Positions 39,119 through 51,239 of a stretch of 64,000 bases of DNA are shown one piece after another. Position 1 is the first letter of the stretch, and each line of letters starts with the position of its first letter. This DNA is from Geosiphon pyriformis uo1. Its lineage: Eukaryota > Fungi > Glomeromycota. The stretch is from positions 124,001-188,000 of the forward strand of contig JAAOMT010000648.1 in assembly GCA_016748015.1 (NCBI GenBank). Direction: 5' to 3'. The notes under the pieces were generated by a model, which saw only the letters and a list, made by a program, of their open reading frames with translations, made no database searches and was not told the origin of the DNA. Position numbers and translations under genes: made by a program.

Positions 39119-39282
39119 TGTGACTAAATAAGCGTTAATAGTTAAATTGTAAAAAGAAGGAAATTTGAACTTTATGGTCTAAATCGGAATTGACCAAAAA
39201 TTTTTCACGTCCAATCATATTGTATTATTACAAACAAAATTTTCATAATACTCTTAGGCACGCTTATATTCTTTGCAATTAG
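39119..39282. promoter_or_regulatory. Probable bidirectional promoter between RPL33 and the F-box gene
   Basis: Only 164 bp separate the divergent ATGs; CCAATCA occurs near 39211. Confidence 0.5.
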
Positions 39283-39969
39283 ATGATGTCAAAAGACTTT
39301 CTTCCCAATGAAGTTCTCGCACAAGTTTTCTCTTACTTGCCATCACGTATTCTTGAATGTAATCTTATGCGGGTGAACAGAAATTTTCGCGTTTTGGCAC
39401 ACAATACCTTATCAAACAGAGTTGATAAAGCTTTTAAAGAGAGAGGCTATCACTTAGTTGTAAGTAAGAAAGCTTGCCATAGTAGCAATTTTTTTCGGGG
39501 CAAGTTTCAAGACTGTTTGCTTTTCTTCCAACTCTGAATTCATCATGTGAGCTAGCTTGAAACTTCGTGTACTTCATCCCATATCAACGAACTCATCTTC
39601 CTCTTTATGGAAGATTCACCTCGTTGCCACTTTTCTTTTGCCTCTGTGCCCCCACAATACATTTTTTCAACACGAACAGAAAACTCTTTTTGGATAAATT
39701 TGGTTCGCATGCACCCAATCAAGACTGATAAGATCAAAAAGGTTTATATGGTATCTCAAGGGCAGATGTATATTGATATGAATATATTTCAAGCCACTGA
39801 GCGAGCTATTGAGTTTTCCATTGATGATTGTGATGGCAGTCAGGCAACGATCAAGGTGAAGTTTTTGGGTTCTTTGAGACCAGATGAATTCACTGTTGAA
39901 GTACAAGAGATTATAATCAATGCTGATGCAATATTTTGTGCTCTTGAGGAGGAAGAAAAGGAGTCATGA
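39283..39969 (+). CDS. F-box domain protein (about 196 aa), 2 exons
   Basis: N-terminal LPNEVLAQVFSYL...LMRVNRNFRVLA. The intron 39460-39555 (GTAAGT..CTAG) joins the two ORFs in frame. Confidence 0.8.
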
Positions 39970-40297
39970 ATAGTTTAGTAAGAATTAGGGTTTTCTGAAG
40001 TCAGTTTCTGTAAAATTTTCAATGATTGCATTTAGTTACATTTGTAAATTATAACAGATTAATATATTTCATATTAACTATTATCTAAATACAATAATAA
40101 TTATAATTGGCATTTATAATAAATAATAAAATTTGAAAAGTTACAACTTGATCAAATTAATAAATATAATTAAGATAATTTACACATTTTTTTATTAAGT
40201 GTGATTCCATAAAAAATATTACACAATAGAAGTAGCTTACACGTGACCAGTCACAATTTACTAATTTTATATATATTCAGTTTTTAGTTGTAAAAGT

Positions 40298-40347
40298 TAT
40301 TTATTTATTTTTTATTATTGCTTTAACTAAGTGTAGCCCAACCACTA
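40298..40347 (-). mobile_element. LINE 3'-terminal fragment of about 45 nt in the 3' UTR of the 40386-41989 gene
   Basis: tttttattattgctttaactaagtgtagcccaaccacta matches the LINE end at about 20060-20098 at 33 of 39 positions. Confidence 0.6.
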
Positions 40348-40385
40348 GTCTAAGACTTCTAACATGTACATGGTTCATGCGCTTT

Positions 40386-41989
40386 TTACATGTGATCGAC
40401 CTCATTAATAAATCCCTGAGTAAAGTCAGATATCTCTTCTACACTTGGATAACGAAAAGCTAACAATTCGATTTCGTGATCTTTTGAAGATAAGTTCGAC
40501 CATGTTTTTTCTTTTTTCTGATTATTATTATTATTATTATTATTATTATTGTTATTATTATAATGATTATTATTATAATTATTATAATTATGATTCTGAT
40601 TATTATTATCCCTACTATTATTGATATTAATAGTGTTAATATTTTGATTTTCCTTTTGGAAGCCAGAGAAGTTGCCAACTCTTCGGAATAGAGAGGAAAG
40701 AGAATGTTCACGTGAATGAATTTTTGGACTAGGAGGTACAAGGGATATGCCACTATCTCGATTATCAAATGAATTAGGGATGAATGAAGGTGGTCTTGGC
40801 AAAGATAATGATGTAGGAGTTTTGTGTAAGGAAAGCGTTGATGACATGGTCGGTTCCAGTGGTAAATGATTCATAGTTATGGGAGTTGAGGGTTGGAGGG
40901 GAGTATATGCAGGGTTATTATGTATTGAAGATGTCGGACTTGTAGGTGGGATAGAAAATGTTTTCATTGTGTCCGCGCTGTTTGCTCGACCATGAAAAGG
41001 TCTTCCAGATGGAGGAATAAAAATACGTTTTAGTGGGATGTTGACACGATTCGAAGAATTTCTTGAACGTAACGATAATGATTGAGCAGGGGATGGTGGT
41101 ATTGATGTTTCTACACTTAGTGATGCGTTATCCTTCTCAAAAAGAGATGACAGTGATGGTGGTAGTGGACAATCATCCTCTTGAATATGAGAAGTACGGT
41201 TTGTTAAATTTCTTTCAGATCGGAAAGATAATTTCTTCACTATTTTTTTACTCATTGTTTTTATTCTTTGATTTTTCTTCTGATTTTTGATTAAAGAGTC
41301 AAAAAGTGTTGGGATTTCACTGATTGTCTTTTTTGGATTTTCCAATAATTCTGCGTTAGTGCAGGGATTTGGAGCTAACGGGGAAAGAGTTAAATCTTCA
41401 TCATATAAATCCGTGATATTTGGATGAAAGGTATTCTGAATCGGGGTTGATGGTTGTGTTGAATTATTTATAGGATATGTAGCCGTGGATATTTTTGTAG
41501 GAATATGAATAATTTCCGGAATTACGGATGGCGTGTTTTCTGGAAGTGCAGAATTAAATTTTTCCTGAGCAGCTTCGGTTTCTTGCCTGAGATGCGCCTC
41601 AAGAGCAATAAGTTGTCGTTGAAAATGAACATAATTTATAACGTGATGTGTTTTTGATTCGCGGGGAGGGGGGGCCTTTTATAAAAAAAAATTGAATTAT
41701 GATATTGAATTTCAAAGTTTTGTTTTTAAGAAAAAGGGAAAAAAATGTTAATAAGATTGTTTCATTGCTGACCACCAAGAAAAAGTATATACAGTGGACC
41801 AGTTAAAGAATGGCTCTATTTCACTGAAAAAAAAGAATAGCTATTTGAACATACCATGGCACTATGTAACTTTAAGTTTTCCTCAGTCAATGGACTAGTA
41901 TAATTTTTATAAGTAGTGATTTTCCCATTTCTTGAAATCAGACGTGACAAGGGATTTGTAGAAGATAAATTTGTGGGTTGTTCGTTCAT
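40386..41989 (-). CDS. Uncharacterised Ser/Pro-rich protein (about 474 aa), 2 exons
   Basis: Exons 41989-41855 and 41675-40386 (GTATGT..AAAG intron) join in frame. Contains SPLTEENLKLH..PPRESK..YVHFQRQL, a poly-Asn tract and C-terminal LLAFRYPS. Confidence 0.8.
40520..40605. repeat. (ATT/AAT)n microsatellite encoding poly-Asn
   Basis: Tandem trinucleotide repeat in the coding frame. Confidence 0.9.
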
Positions 41990-43587
41990 TTTTACGTACA
42001 AGAGTTTTCTGTGCAGCTAAAAAGGCAAGGGAAGATAAATAAGAAAGTTTAGACGAGAGACTCGGAGTGAAGGTTTCATAAAACAACTAATAGTGGGTGG
42101 AACTAGTCAATTTAGTCGGTCAGAAATTATACATGAAGGTTAGCCGTGCAGAAGGTCATTAATCTTTTTTGGTATTGGAATAGAAGTCTGGGGTGACAGG
42201 CCCATGAGAAGTACAAATGTGGTCGTGGTGGTTACATAAGTTTCGAAACAAACAATAAGAATTGATTAAACCATATTTAGTCAAAACTCGAGAAGCATTT
42301 ATGATAAATAAATATTGACTTTTAATCAACTGTGTTGGTTATTTTTATAACTTTACGATAAATTAATATAGCCGCAGTTGGAAATTTTAGGCAATGAGCA
42401 TTTAATAAAATCGTATGATTTGGCAATTTTTTTTTTTTTTTTTAATTTTCAATAAATTTTAATTTGGGAATAGATGAAGATTTTAATGAAATCTTTGGAT
42501 AAACAAATAGAAAATGTTCAATCAAATATGTAATATTACATCAATTTTGATTATCAATTAACATAATAATCAATGAAAATGATAAAAATTTCCTTTTTTA
42601 AAATTATTTATGGTTGGTTAGCTCATTCAGTCGTTATATGCATAAGAAATTTGCATCTCGGGAAAAAGATAGCTTTGAAACATGAGATTCATCATATGTC
42701 CCAAAATTATTAGTGTAGATTATGGTGACTTTTAATGCAACTCCTTAAAATTAAATCAGACACATCTTCAAGGTTTTAACTAAAATTTTTATTTTTGGAA
42801 TTAGTTAATGACCGCTTAGGGAAATAATCAGTTACACAGCCATTTACGCCACTTTTTACTCAAAAAAAGGGGTTGGGTAAGTGAATTCGCTTTGTTGGGT
42901 TAAAGAAAATTAGGTAAAAAATTTTTCATGATTATCGGTAAAATTTTCTATTCAGTCTTATAAAAAATGTTTTTTAGGATATGATATGCCTAATATGAAA
43001 ATTAACCCCAAGCATTTAAACTTCAGACTACTGGCGAGAACACACATACTTTTTGGTCATGACACCCATCTGCTATTGGTTTCTAACTTGTAAATCGCTA
43101 ATAAAATACGGTGCGGTGAGTGATCTAAATTTAGGAGTTTAAATATACTTTTTTTTTTTTTATATACAGATTATGCATATAATATCTATAAATATTATGT
43201 GTAACATACACAAAATCGATATTAGTTTTTAGTTTATGAAAAGAATAATCATAATTAAAATTATTTTTAAAACTTTAAAATATTTATAATAAAAGATTTG
43301 TATTGTAAGAATTTTTTTTAAATAATTAATTGTTTAAACTTTTTAATTTTTATTAATGTAAATTTTACATACATTAAATTAATAAAATAGTTTTTATATT
43401 TTTTGGCTGTTTTATAATAAATAAATAAATTTTAATAATTATTAATCAATTTAAGTTTATTATGTTCAATATTATTACTTTTAATTTAAAATTATTTTAA
43501 TAAATTTTTGCTTTAAAAATAAATAATTTTTTAATTATTATATTAATTATAATTTATTTATATGTTATTTTTGATTACAATAATTAA

Positions 43588-44200
43588 TTTTTTTTATTTG
43601 GTTTAATATACAAAGTCCAATTACTATCTAATATAATATGACTATTATAAATTTTAAATTAAGTTTAGCTTATTTATTTTCTATATATAATTAAACACAA
43701 ATTCAATTTAGATTAAATTATATTGATTTTAAAAATAAAAACTTATTATAATAAACCATTTTATATATAAAAACAACCAAAATACAATTATTCAAAAAAA
43801 ATTATTTATTTAAAAATATTATTTATACTTAATTTGATATTATAAATTTTAAAACTTATTATTTAAGTAAATATTTTTTTATTAACTTTATTATTAAAAA
43901 TATTTATATTTTTTTATTATTTTTAATATTATATTTTGTTCTTATTTTTTACATTTATTTAATTTATTTTCAAAAATATTTTTTTTTTTAGTTATTATAT
44001 AATTATCTTTTAATTTAACATATAATACAAAAAAAACATTTAATAATTTAATTATAATTAAAATATTAATAAGCTTAATATTAGACTTAATTAATAAAGC
44101 CAATATAATCAATTTTAATTTTAAAAAAACCAATTTAGAATTAATTATAAAATTAATAACAACAAAAATAATCAAAAATACAAAAAAACTAATCAAGCAA
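43588..44200 (-). mobile_element. Extremely decayed LINE 3' fragment
   Basis: The family 3' end (aagtccaattactatctaata) is recognisable; upstream sequence is collinear but AT-shifted. Confidence 0.6.
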
Positions 44201-44886
44201 AAATCTTAACATAAAACTTAATATTAACAAAACAAAATTTAAAAATTTAAAGCTTTAAAAAAATCTCTTTAATTTAATACTTAATTCATAAAAATTAAGT
44301 GTAAATTATAAATATTTTAACTCAAAATTAATATAAATTAAAAATTTATAATTTATTAAGTATTATATATAAGTAAATTAAATTTTAATTTAACTTTTTT
44401 TAATTTAAAAAATAATAGCAAATTTATTTTTTTACAACTTTTTTTATATTTGTTTAAATAGCCAGAAATAAAAAAAATAATTTTTTTTAAACCTATCAAT
44501 CTTTTTAAAATATTAAAAAAAAAATTTTTTAGTGTTTTTTAAAAAATTATTTTTATCTTAAAATATGTTTTTTTTGTAAAAATAAAACATAAATTTTATC
44601 TGATTTTTTTAATATTTATATTAATTTTATAATAATTGTATTAATTATAATATTTAAATTAAATTAAATTATAAACAACAATTTTTTTATTTAAATAATA
44701 ATAATAATAATAATATATTTACCAAAATTAGTTTTAATTAACATATAATTTTTTATTTAATATATTTAAATTTTAATTAATTTTTATTAATTTAAAAACA
44801 AAACAAGTTATATTTTTATATATAATTTAATTAATTACTTAAATTAAAACTAAAATATTTTTTTTGTTTTTAAAAAATACTGTTAA

Positions 44887-46520
44887 TTTTTTTTTTTTAT
44901 TAATATTTAATAAGTAAAGTCCAAATACTGCTTAGTGTAATATATTATATATAAGTGATTTAAACTAGGTATAAATCATGTATTTTCTACATATAATTAG
45001 CTATTTAAGCTAATCAAGACAACACTAGCATCTATATGAATTGAAACCAAATCATCTATACTCAAAAAAAACAGACAAGATTTATATAGACTAAAACTAA
45101 CTCCAAAAGCTTTAATAATACTTAATAACTTAACCACACCAATCAAAAGAACCAAAAAAAGCCCAGCTATTGAAACAGAAGTGGTCTCATCATGTGGAAT
45201 CAATTTATTTTTTTCTATAAAAGTCTGGTATTTAGTACAGACCAACCAGATTTCATCTTAGAACACAAAACAAAATTTGCACACAAAGTTCACAATTTTT
45301 TGGCCTGCAATTTTAGAATTCTTGAAGACAAAAACAGACTCCTGATACCAATTATTAAAAACAAAACCCTTATACAAAGCCACATATACTGAAATGTTAG
45401 AAATACAGGAAAACAATAACTGCATCACACATGAAAAAGAATGAAAAAAACCAAAAAGCATCTTCCAATAAGTCACATAGGTGTTCAGTAACTAAGTATA
45501 AGCAGCTAAGTTAAATAAGCAAAAAAAAGCATGATTTAAGATCTCAACATCTTCACAAAACAAATACATTACACTGGAATAACACTTGTTATACAAATGC
45601 TTGTAAACAGCAACAGAAAGCCAGTAATATAAAGCCTTCATAAAATACATATAAACACCAGTAGTATACTTACTAGTAAAACTGGCAGCCAAGTGGAAAT
45701 TAAAGTGTTATACCAAAAAAGATCTAAACCAATTAACATTTATCTGCAAACTGTCTGCCACAATCCAAAAACCAGAACCAATCTCTTAGTGTGCATAATA
45801 AATAGAATAAAAAACATTATGAACAAAATGTCTAAAATTACCAGAAACAATGCTATTATCAATTCTAATATAACACTTTTTAATCTGATAAGAGAGATAC
45901 TGATTAAAGAAAAAAACAGTTTTTGTGAGTATATTAGCATGTTTATTGTCAAAAACACCCAAATGACTTTTTATTTTATGTCAGCTGACATTTAAATTCT
46001 TCTCACAAATAATGTTTACAATATAATGACATTTAATTCAACATCAGTTTCTAAAATCTAAACATATCAAATCCAATTCTGATTTGCAAGCATCTAAAGC
46101 AGTCTGGTTGTCTGAAAAAAGCCAAATTAAACTAAAAGAGGAGATACACTCAAGCACCAGTAAAATAGCCTACAATTTCATTATAGTGAAAGACACCAAA
46201 CCAAAAATTTCAACACCTAAACCAAAATTAATATCCTCAAAAAAAACAGCTGTGTCAGTTCTTATGTTAACAGTTTTTAAACTATACAGAGATTTATCTG
46301 TATAGACAAAAAAACAACTGGCATCAACATTCAACAAATAATCATAAACAACCCTGACTTTATGAAAACCAAAAACACACAATGAGTCAATGTTTCCTAA
46401 AAAAGAAAAACAAACAGGAAAAAAGATTATACTATTAAGAAAATACACAGAAAGCTTAAACCAATTAGGAACATTATTAATTTTAATAGTATTTAAAAAA
46501 TATTTATTAATTATTAAAAA
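44887..46520 (-). mobile_element. 5'-truncated LINE (RNase H to poly(A))
   Basis: FVYTDKSL, MKALYYWLSVAVYKHLYNKCY, family 3' UTR, poly-T at 44887-44898. Confidence 0.85.
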
Positions 46521-46654
46521 CAATATTTAATTTTTTTATATAAAATTTACATTTTAAATTTTATATATATTATTGTTATAATTAAATATAATATACTAAC
46601 AAATAATAATAAAAATAATATTGTATAATAATAAAAATAATCAAAAAAGAATTC

Positions 46655-49600
46655 AAATTAATAAATAAATAAAATCCAAATACAATTTAGTATAATACAT
46701 TAAATTAAGTAATCTAAATTAAGCATAAATTATATATTTATTACATATAACCAGTAATTTAAGCCAGTCAAAACAACACTAAGCACTTATATAAACACTA
46801 ATACTATTATCAATATTAGAAATAAATAAAAACAAAATATATATATTAAAATTTATATCTAATATCTCAACAATATTAAGTAATTTAACTATATTTTTTA
46901 ACAACATATTTGAAAAACCATTAACAAAAAAAACACTGGTCTATTTATTAAAATCAATTTTTTTTTCTATAATTATATAATACTTAAAACAAATAAGCCA
47001 AATTTTATTTCTGTAAGCCAAAGTCAAATTATATATGAAATTTATAATCTTATCAACTGCAATCTTAAAATTGTCAAAACCAAAAAGAGACTTTAAAAAC
47101 CAAGTTCTAAAAACAAAATTTTTACACAAAACAATATATATTATAATATTTAATAAACATAATAATAATAATTAAAACATATAAAATAAAGATTTATATA
47201 GGCCAAAAAAAAATTTTTACATAGCAATCTAAGAAACTAACAAAGTATTATAAGCAATAAAGTTTGATAAACATAAAAATCAATAATTTAAAAACTTAAT
47301 ATTCTTACAAAAAAAACATAAAACACTATAATAGCATTTATTATACAAATATTTGTAAATAGTTATAGATAATTGATAATAAAAAGCTTTTATAAAATAA
47401 AAACAAATACTTGTGATAATTTAATTTATGTATCTAGCTATTATGTAAAAACCTGAATGCCATATTTGCAAAAAACTGGCTCAATTTACATTTTTAATCA
47501 ATCTTTGGTCTAAAACAGTAATATTATAATTAGTTTTTTAATAAGTATAATAAATTATCTAAAAATTTTACAAACAAAATACTTAATATTTTTAATTATA
47601 CAATTATTACTAGCTTTTAAAAATCTTTTTTAATTACAGCTAGAAACACTAAATTTGAAAATAATATAGCACTAGCCAATATATTAACTTTATTATTATT
47701 AAAAATACCAAAATAGCTTTAATTTTAAACTAAAACATATGCAAATTTTTCTTATTAATTATTCTCATAATATGATAATGTTTTATTTAATAGTGGTTAC
47801 AGAAATTAGATAATACTAAGACCAGTTTTAACAAATAAGCATTTAAAATTGTTTGATTATTTAAAAACATCATAACTAAACAAGATAAAAAAATACACTC
47901 TAAAGCTAATACAATAATCTATAATTTAGCCAAAGTAAAATAATATTAAACTAATAACTTTAATACTAATACCAAGATCTAAATTATCAAAAAATGTTTT
48001 AATACTAGTTTTTATATATATTAAACTTAAAATTTTCAATAATTAACAGTGTAAATAAAAATACAAAAAAATTAACATTCAATAACTTATTATATAATAA
48101 ACAAAATTTATTAAAACCCAAAATATTTAAAAACTGAATATTTTTTGTAAAAAAAAAAGATTGCTAATTTATAAAAGCATTAAAATATATTATTGTCAAT
48201 GAAAACTATACAAAAACCAAGTTATAAGAATTAAGACATTTCTAGTACTTAAAGTTTTTTTAGTTAAGGATCTTATTATTTTTACTATATAACTGTTTAA
48301 CAAAAGCAATATCTAAATATTTAATCAAACAACAAACTTTGAAAAAAACCAAATTACTAAAAGCTACAGATATTAAAATATTTTTAAAAAACTAAAATTC
48401 CAAAAGCAGAGTATTACTTAAAGACAAATTATAATCACAAAAAATTTTGATTATATTAGCCAAAAAATTATTGACTGAATTAACATAAAAACAAACCAAA
48501 AAAAGCAAAAAATAACAAAAAAACCAATTTAATATTTAAAAATTTAAAGATTTATGATTAAACAACCAGTTTATAATACTATTTATATTTAAAAAATTGC
48601 AAAAAAAAGCCAACTTGTATTTAATCTGTATCTGCTTAAAAGATTTCAAGTTATTTAAGAATAAGTAATATATTGTATAATTAAAAAAGTTCAATAACAA
48701 ACTAGCTTTAAACTTTAAACTTTTATAAACCAAAGTGTCTTACTTATTATATATATTAACTAAAATAAAACTAAACTAAATTTTATAATTAATAATAGAA
48801 TATAAAACTGCTAAAACCAAATAAAAAAACTGTTTGTCAATAATAATTTTTTTTAAAATTTTGCCTGTAAAAAACCTAATTTTTAAATAAGTTTTGATCA
48901 GACTAAATCTTAACAAATTATTTATAAATATAAAAATACTTAAGTATTTATGAACTTTCCCTTTTTTGGCAATTAAAATAAGCAAACTGCTAATTGTTAA
49001 AGAGAAATATTAATTCTATAATTAATAAGAATAGCTATTTTATTATTATTAATTAAAATATAATTAATTTTTATTAATAAAAGCACTAATAAAAAATAAA
49101 ATAATATTTATTTGGGCTTTAACTTGATCAGTTTTAACAACAAACTTAGAATTAATTCTATAATTATATACATTCTTTTGTTTTTTAACTTTACATAAAA
49201 AAAAATTATAAAAAATGTGTTAAAAGAGAAAAAAAAAATTGTTTTGATTCAGTTCATCATAAACATAGTAGTTATTTGTTAAGCTAAAATTAGTTATAAT
49301 TTAATTAACTTAATTATTATAAATACTACCAAAAAACTTAATAAATCTATTATATATATATATTTTTTTAGACTATATTTCAAATATTTTCAACTTACAG
49401 AATTATATGTCTTACATATCTTTTGCAAAACCAATCAAAGTTTATAATTCTTTTTAAAAACATTTTTTATTACTAATTTGACTATAAATATAAGAAACTG
49501 TATTATTGTATTTTTTAAAACTAAGAAATTATTACTATAAAGGACATTAAACTTATTATATGCCAAAAATATTCTGTTAGATAAGATTTTAAAAAGAGTT

Positions 49601-50790
49601 TTTTTAGCTGTTTCAATTAAAACAATAGATTATGTGTTTATTAAAATGTTTTTTATTTATATAATTTAAAATTTATTAAAACTCAGGCTTTTTTTCAAGA
49701 TTAAAAGACAAATTTACACACTAAATAAAAATTTATAAAATCTAAAAATATGTTTATTATTACTTTATTATAATGTTTTTGCAATTTATTTAAAATATTA
49801 AAAAAATCAACTGTTTTTTTATTAGACAAATTTATTATTATATTCAACAATTTATCAGAATTAATAAGACACATAATATTAAAAAAAGTATCATTAACAA
49901 TATAAACCAATAAAAAATATTATTAATATTATACCTTAAGTATTTTTTCTAATACTTTATGTTTTTTATCTAACTTTTTATAATTACATTTATCTTAAAC
50001 TTAATTAACTTAAGTTCTAACATTAGTTTCTTATTAATTACTAAATAATTTAATACTATTTTATAAAAAAAACATTCCAAGATATTTCAAATTATATAAC
50101 TTTTATTTATTTTAAAATTTTCTATTTTTTTGTTAATAGCAAACTTAATACATATTTTTTTAGCATATTAGAATTTTACTATTTTTAAAACTCAATAAAA
50201 TTTTTTAATCTTTAATAAAACAAATTAAATAACATTAAAACAAGTATTTGAATTAATAAATACTACTATTTCAAAAGCATTGTTAATATTAGAAAAAACC
50301 AAAACTTTAAAAATAAATTAAATATATTACTTAAAGCTAAACAAAAAACTTTAACCAACTTAGAGACCAAAGTTTTTAATTTGTAAAAACAAAATAAAAA
50401 TTTGGTAAAACATTATTATAGTCTTTAAACTAAAACTTAAAAAATATCTTATTTGTTAAAAAACAAACTATTTTACAAACAATATCTTATATTATATATA
50501 TATTTAAGAATTTTTTTGCAACAATAAAACTATTAATATATATAATAATAGTATTGAGTATCAAAATTTTAAACAATTTTTACTTTACTTTATTAATATT
50601 CTTTATATTAAATTTCTATCAATTTTTATTGGCCTGCACATAAAAGTTTTTAAAACTGTATTTAGAAGACCATTAAGATCAATAATAATATAAACAGTAT
50701 TATAGTTAATATTAAAAAATTTATTTACATATGTGACTTTTCTATTAATTAATGCTGTTATTAAATAGAAAAACCAATTCAAAATCATTA
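46655..50790 (-). mobile_element. AT-decayed LINE ORF2 (end of APE, RT, RNase H, 3' UTR)
   Basis: IAKKGKVHKYLSIF, KIIIDKQFFYLVLAVL and NLSNKKTV are collinear with the better-preserved copies. Confidence 0.8.
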
Positions 50791-50804
50791 AAAAAATTTA
50801 ATTA

Positions 50805-50935
50805 ACACATAATAATATAAAAAAATAAAATAACACAAAATAATACAATATAATATAAAATAATATAAAATAATTCAAAATAATATACAATAATATAAAA
50901 TAGCACAGAATAATTAATAATAATATAAGAAAACA
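50805..50935. repeat. Degenerate AT-rich tandem repeat with a unit of about 10 bp (ATAATATAAA)
   Basis: Visible periodicity: ataacacaaa ataatacaat ataatataaa ataatataaa. Confidence 0.65.
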
Positions 50936-51239
50936 AGTTATAGTATAAATAAATGAAGTAATAACTAAAATAGTAAACAATAATTAGTAAAAACAAACAA
51001 TTAAAAACAATCTTATAGACTTAAAGAATATATATAAAAATAAACAGTTTTAACAAATAAAAAAAAACTGTAAAAAAAACAAGATTTTTTTTTTTTTTAA
51101 TATTTTAATCTTAATTCAATCAATTTTTATTTTATATATATTTATGAACCAATTTAATTATACAATTTACATATACATAATTTTAATATACTAATTGTTA
51201 AAATTAAATTAATTGTTTTTCTTATTTTTGTTTCTAAAC

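Noticed and set aside
40460-40768. Poly-Ile ORF as a membrane protein
   Set aside because: It is an alternate frame of the (AAT)n poly-Asn microsatellite.
42810-42905. TTAGGG/TTGGG words as telomeric repeats
   Set aside because: They are isolated and not tandem.
50798-50996. Hydrophobic Ile/Leu/Tyr/Phe ORFs
   Set aside because: They are artefacts of an AT-rich tandem repeat.
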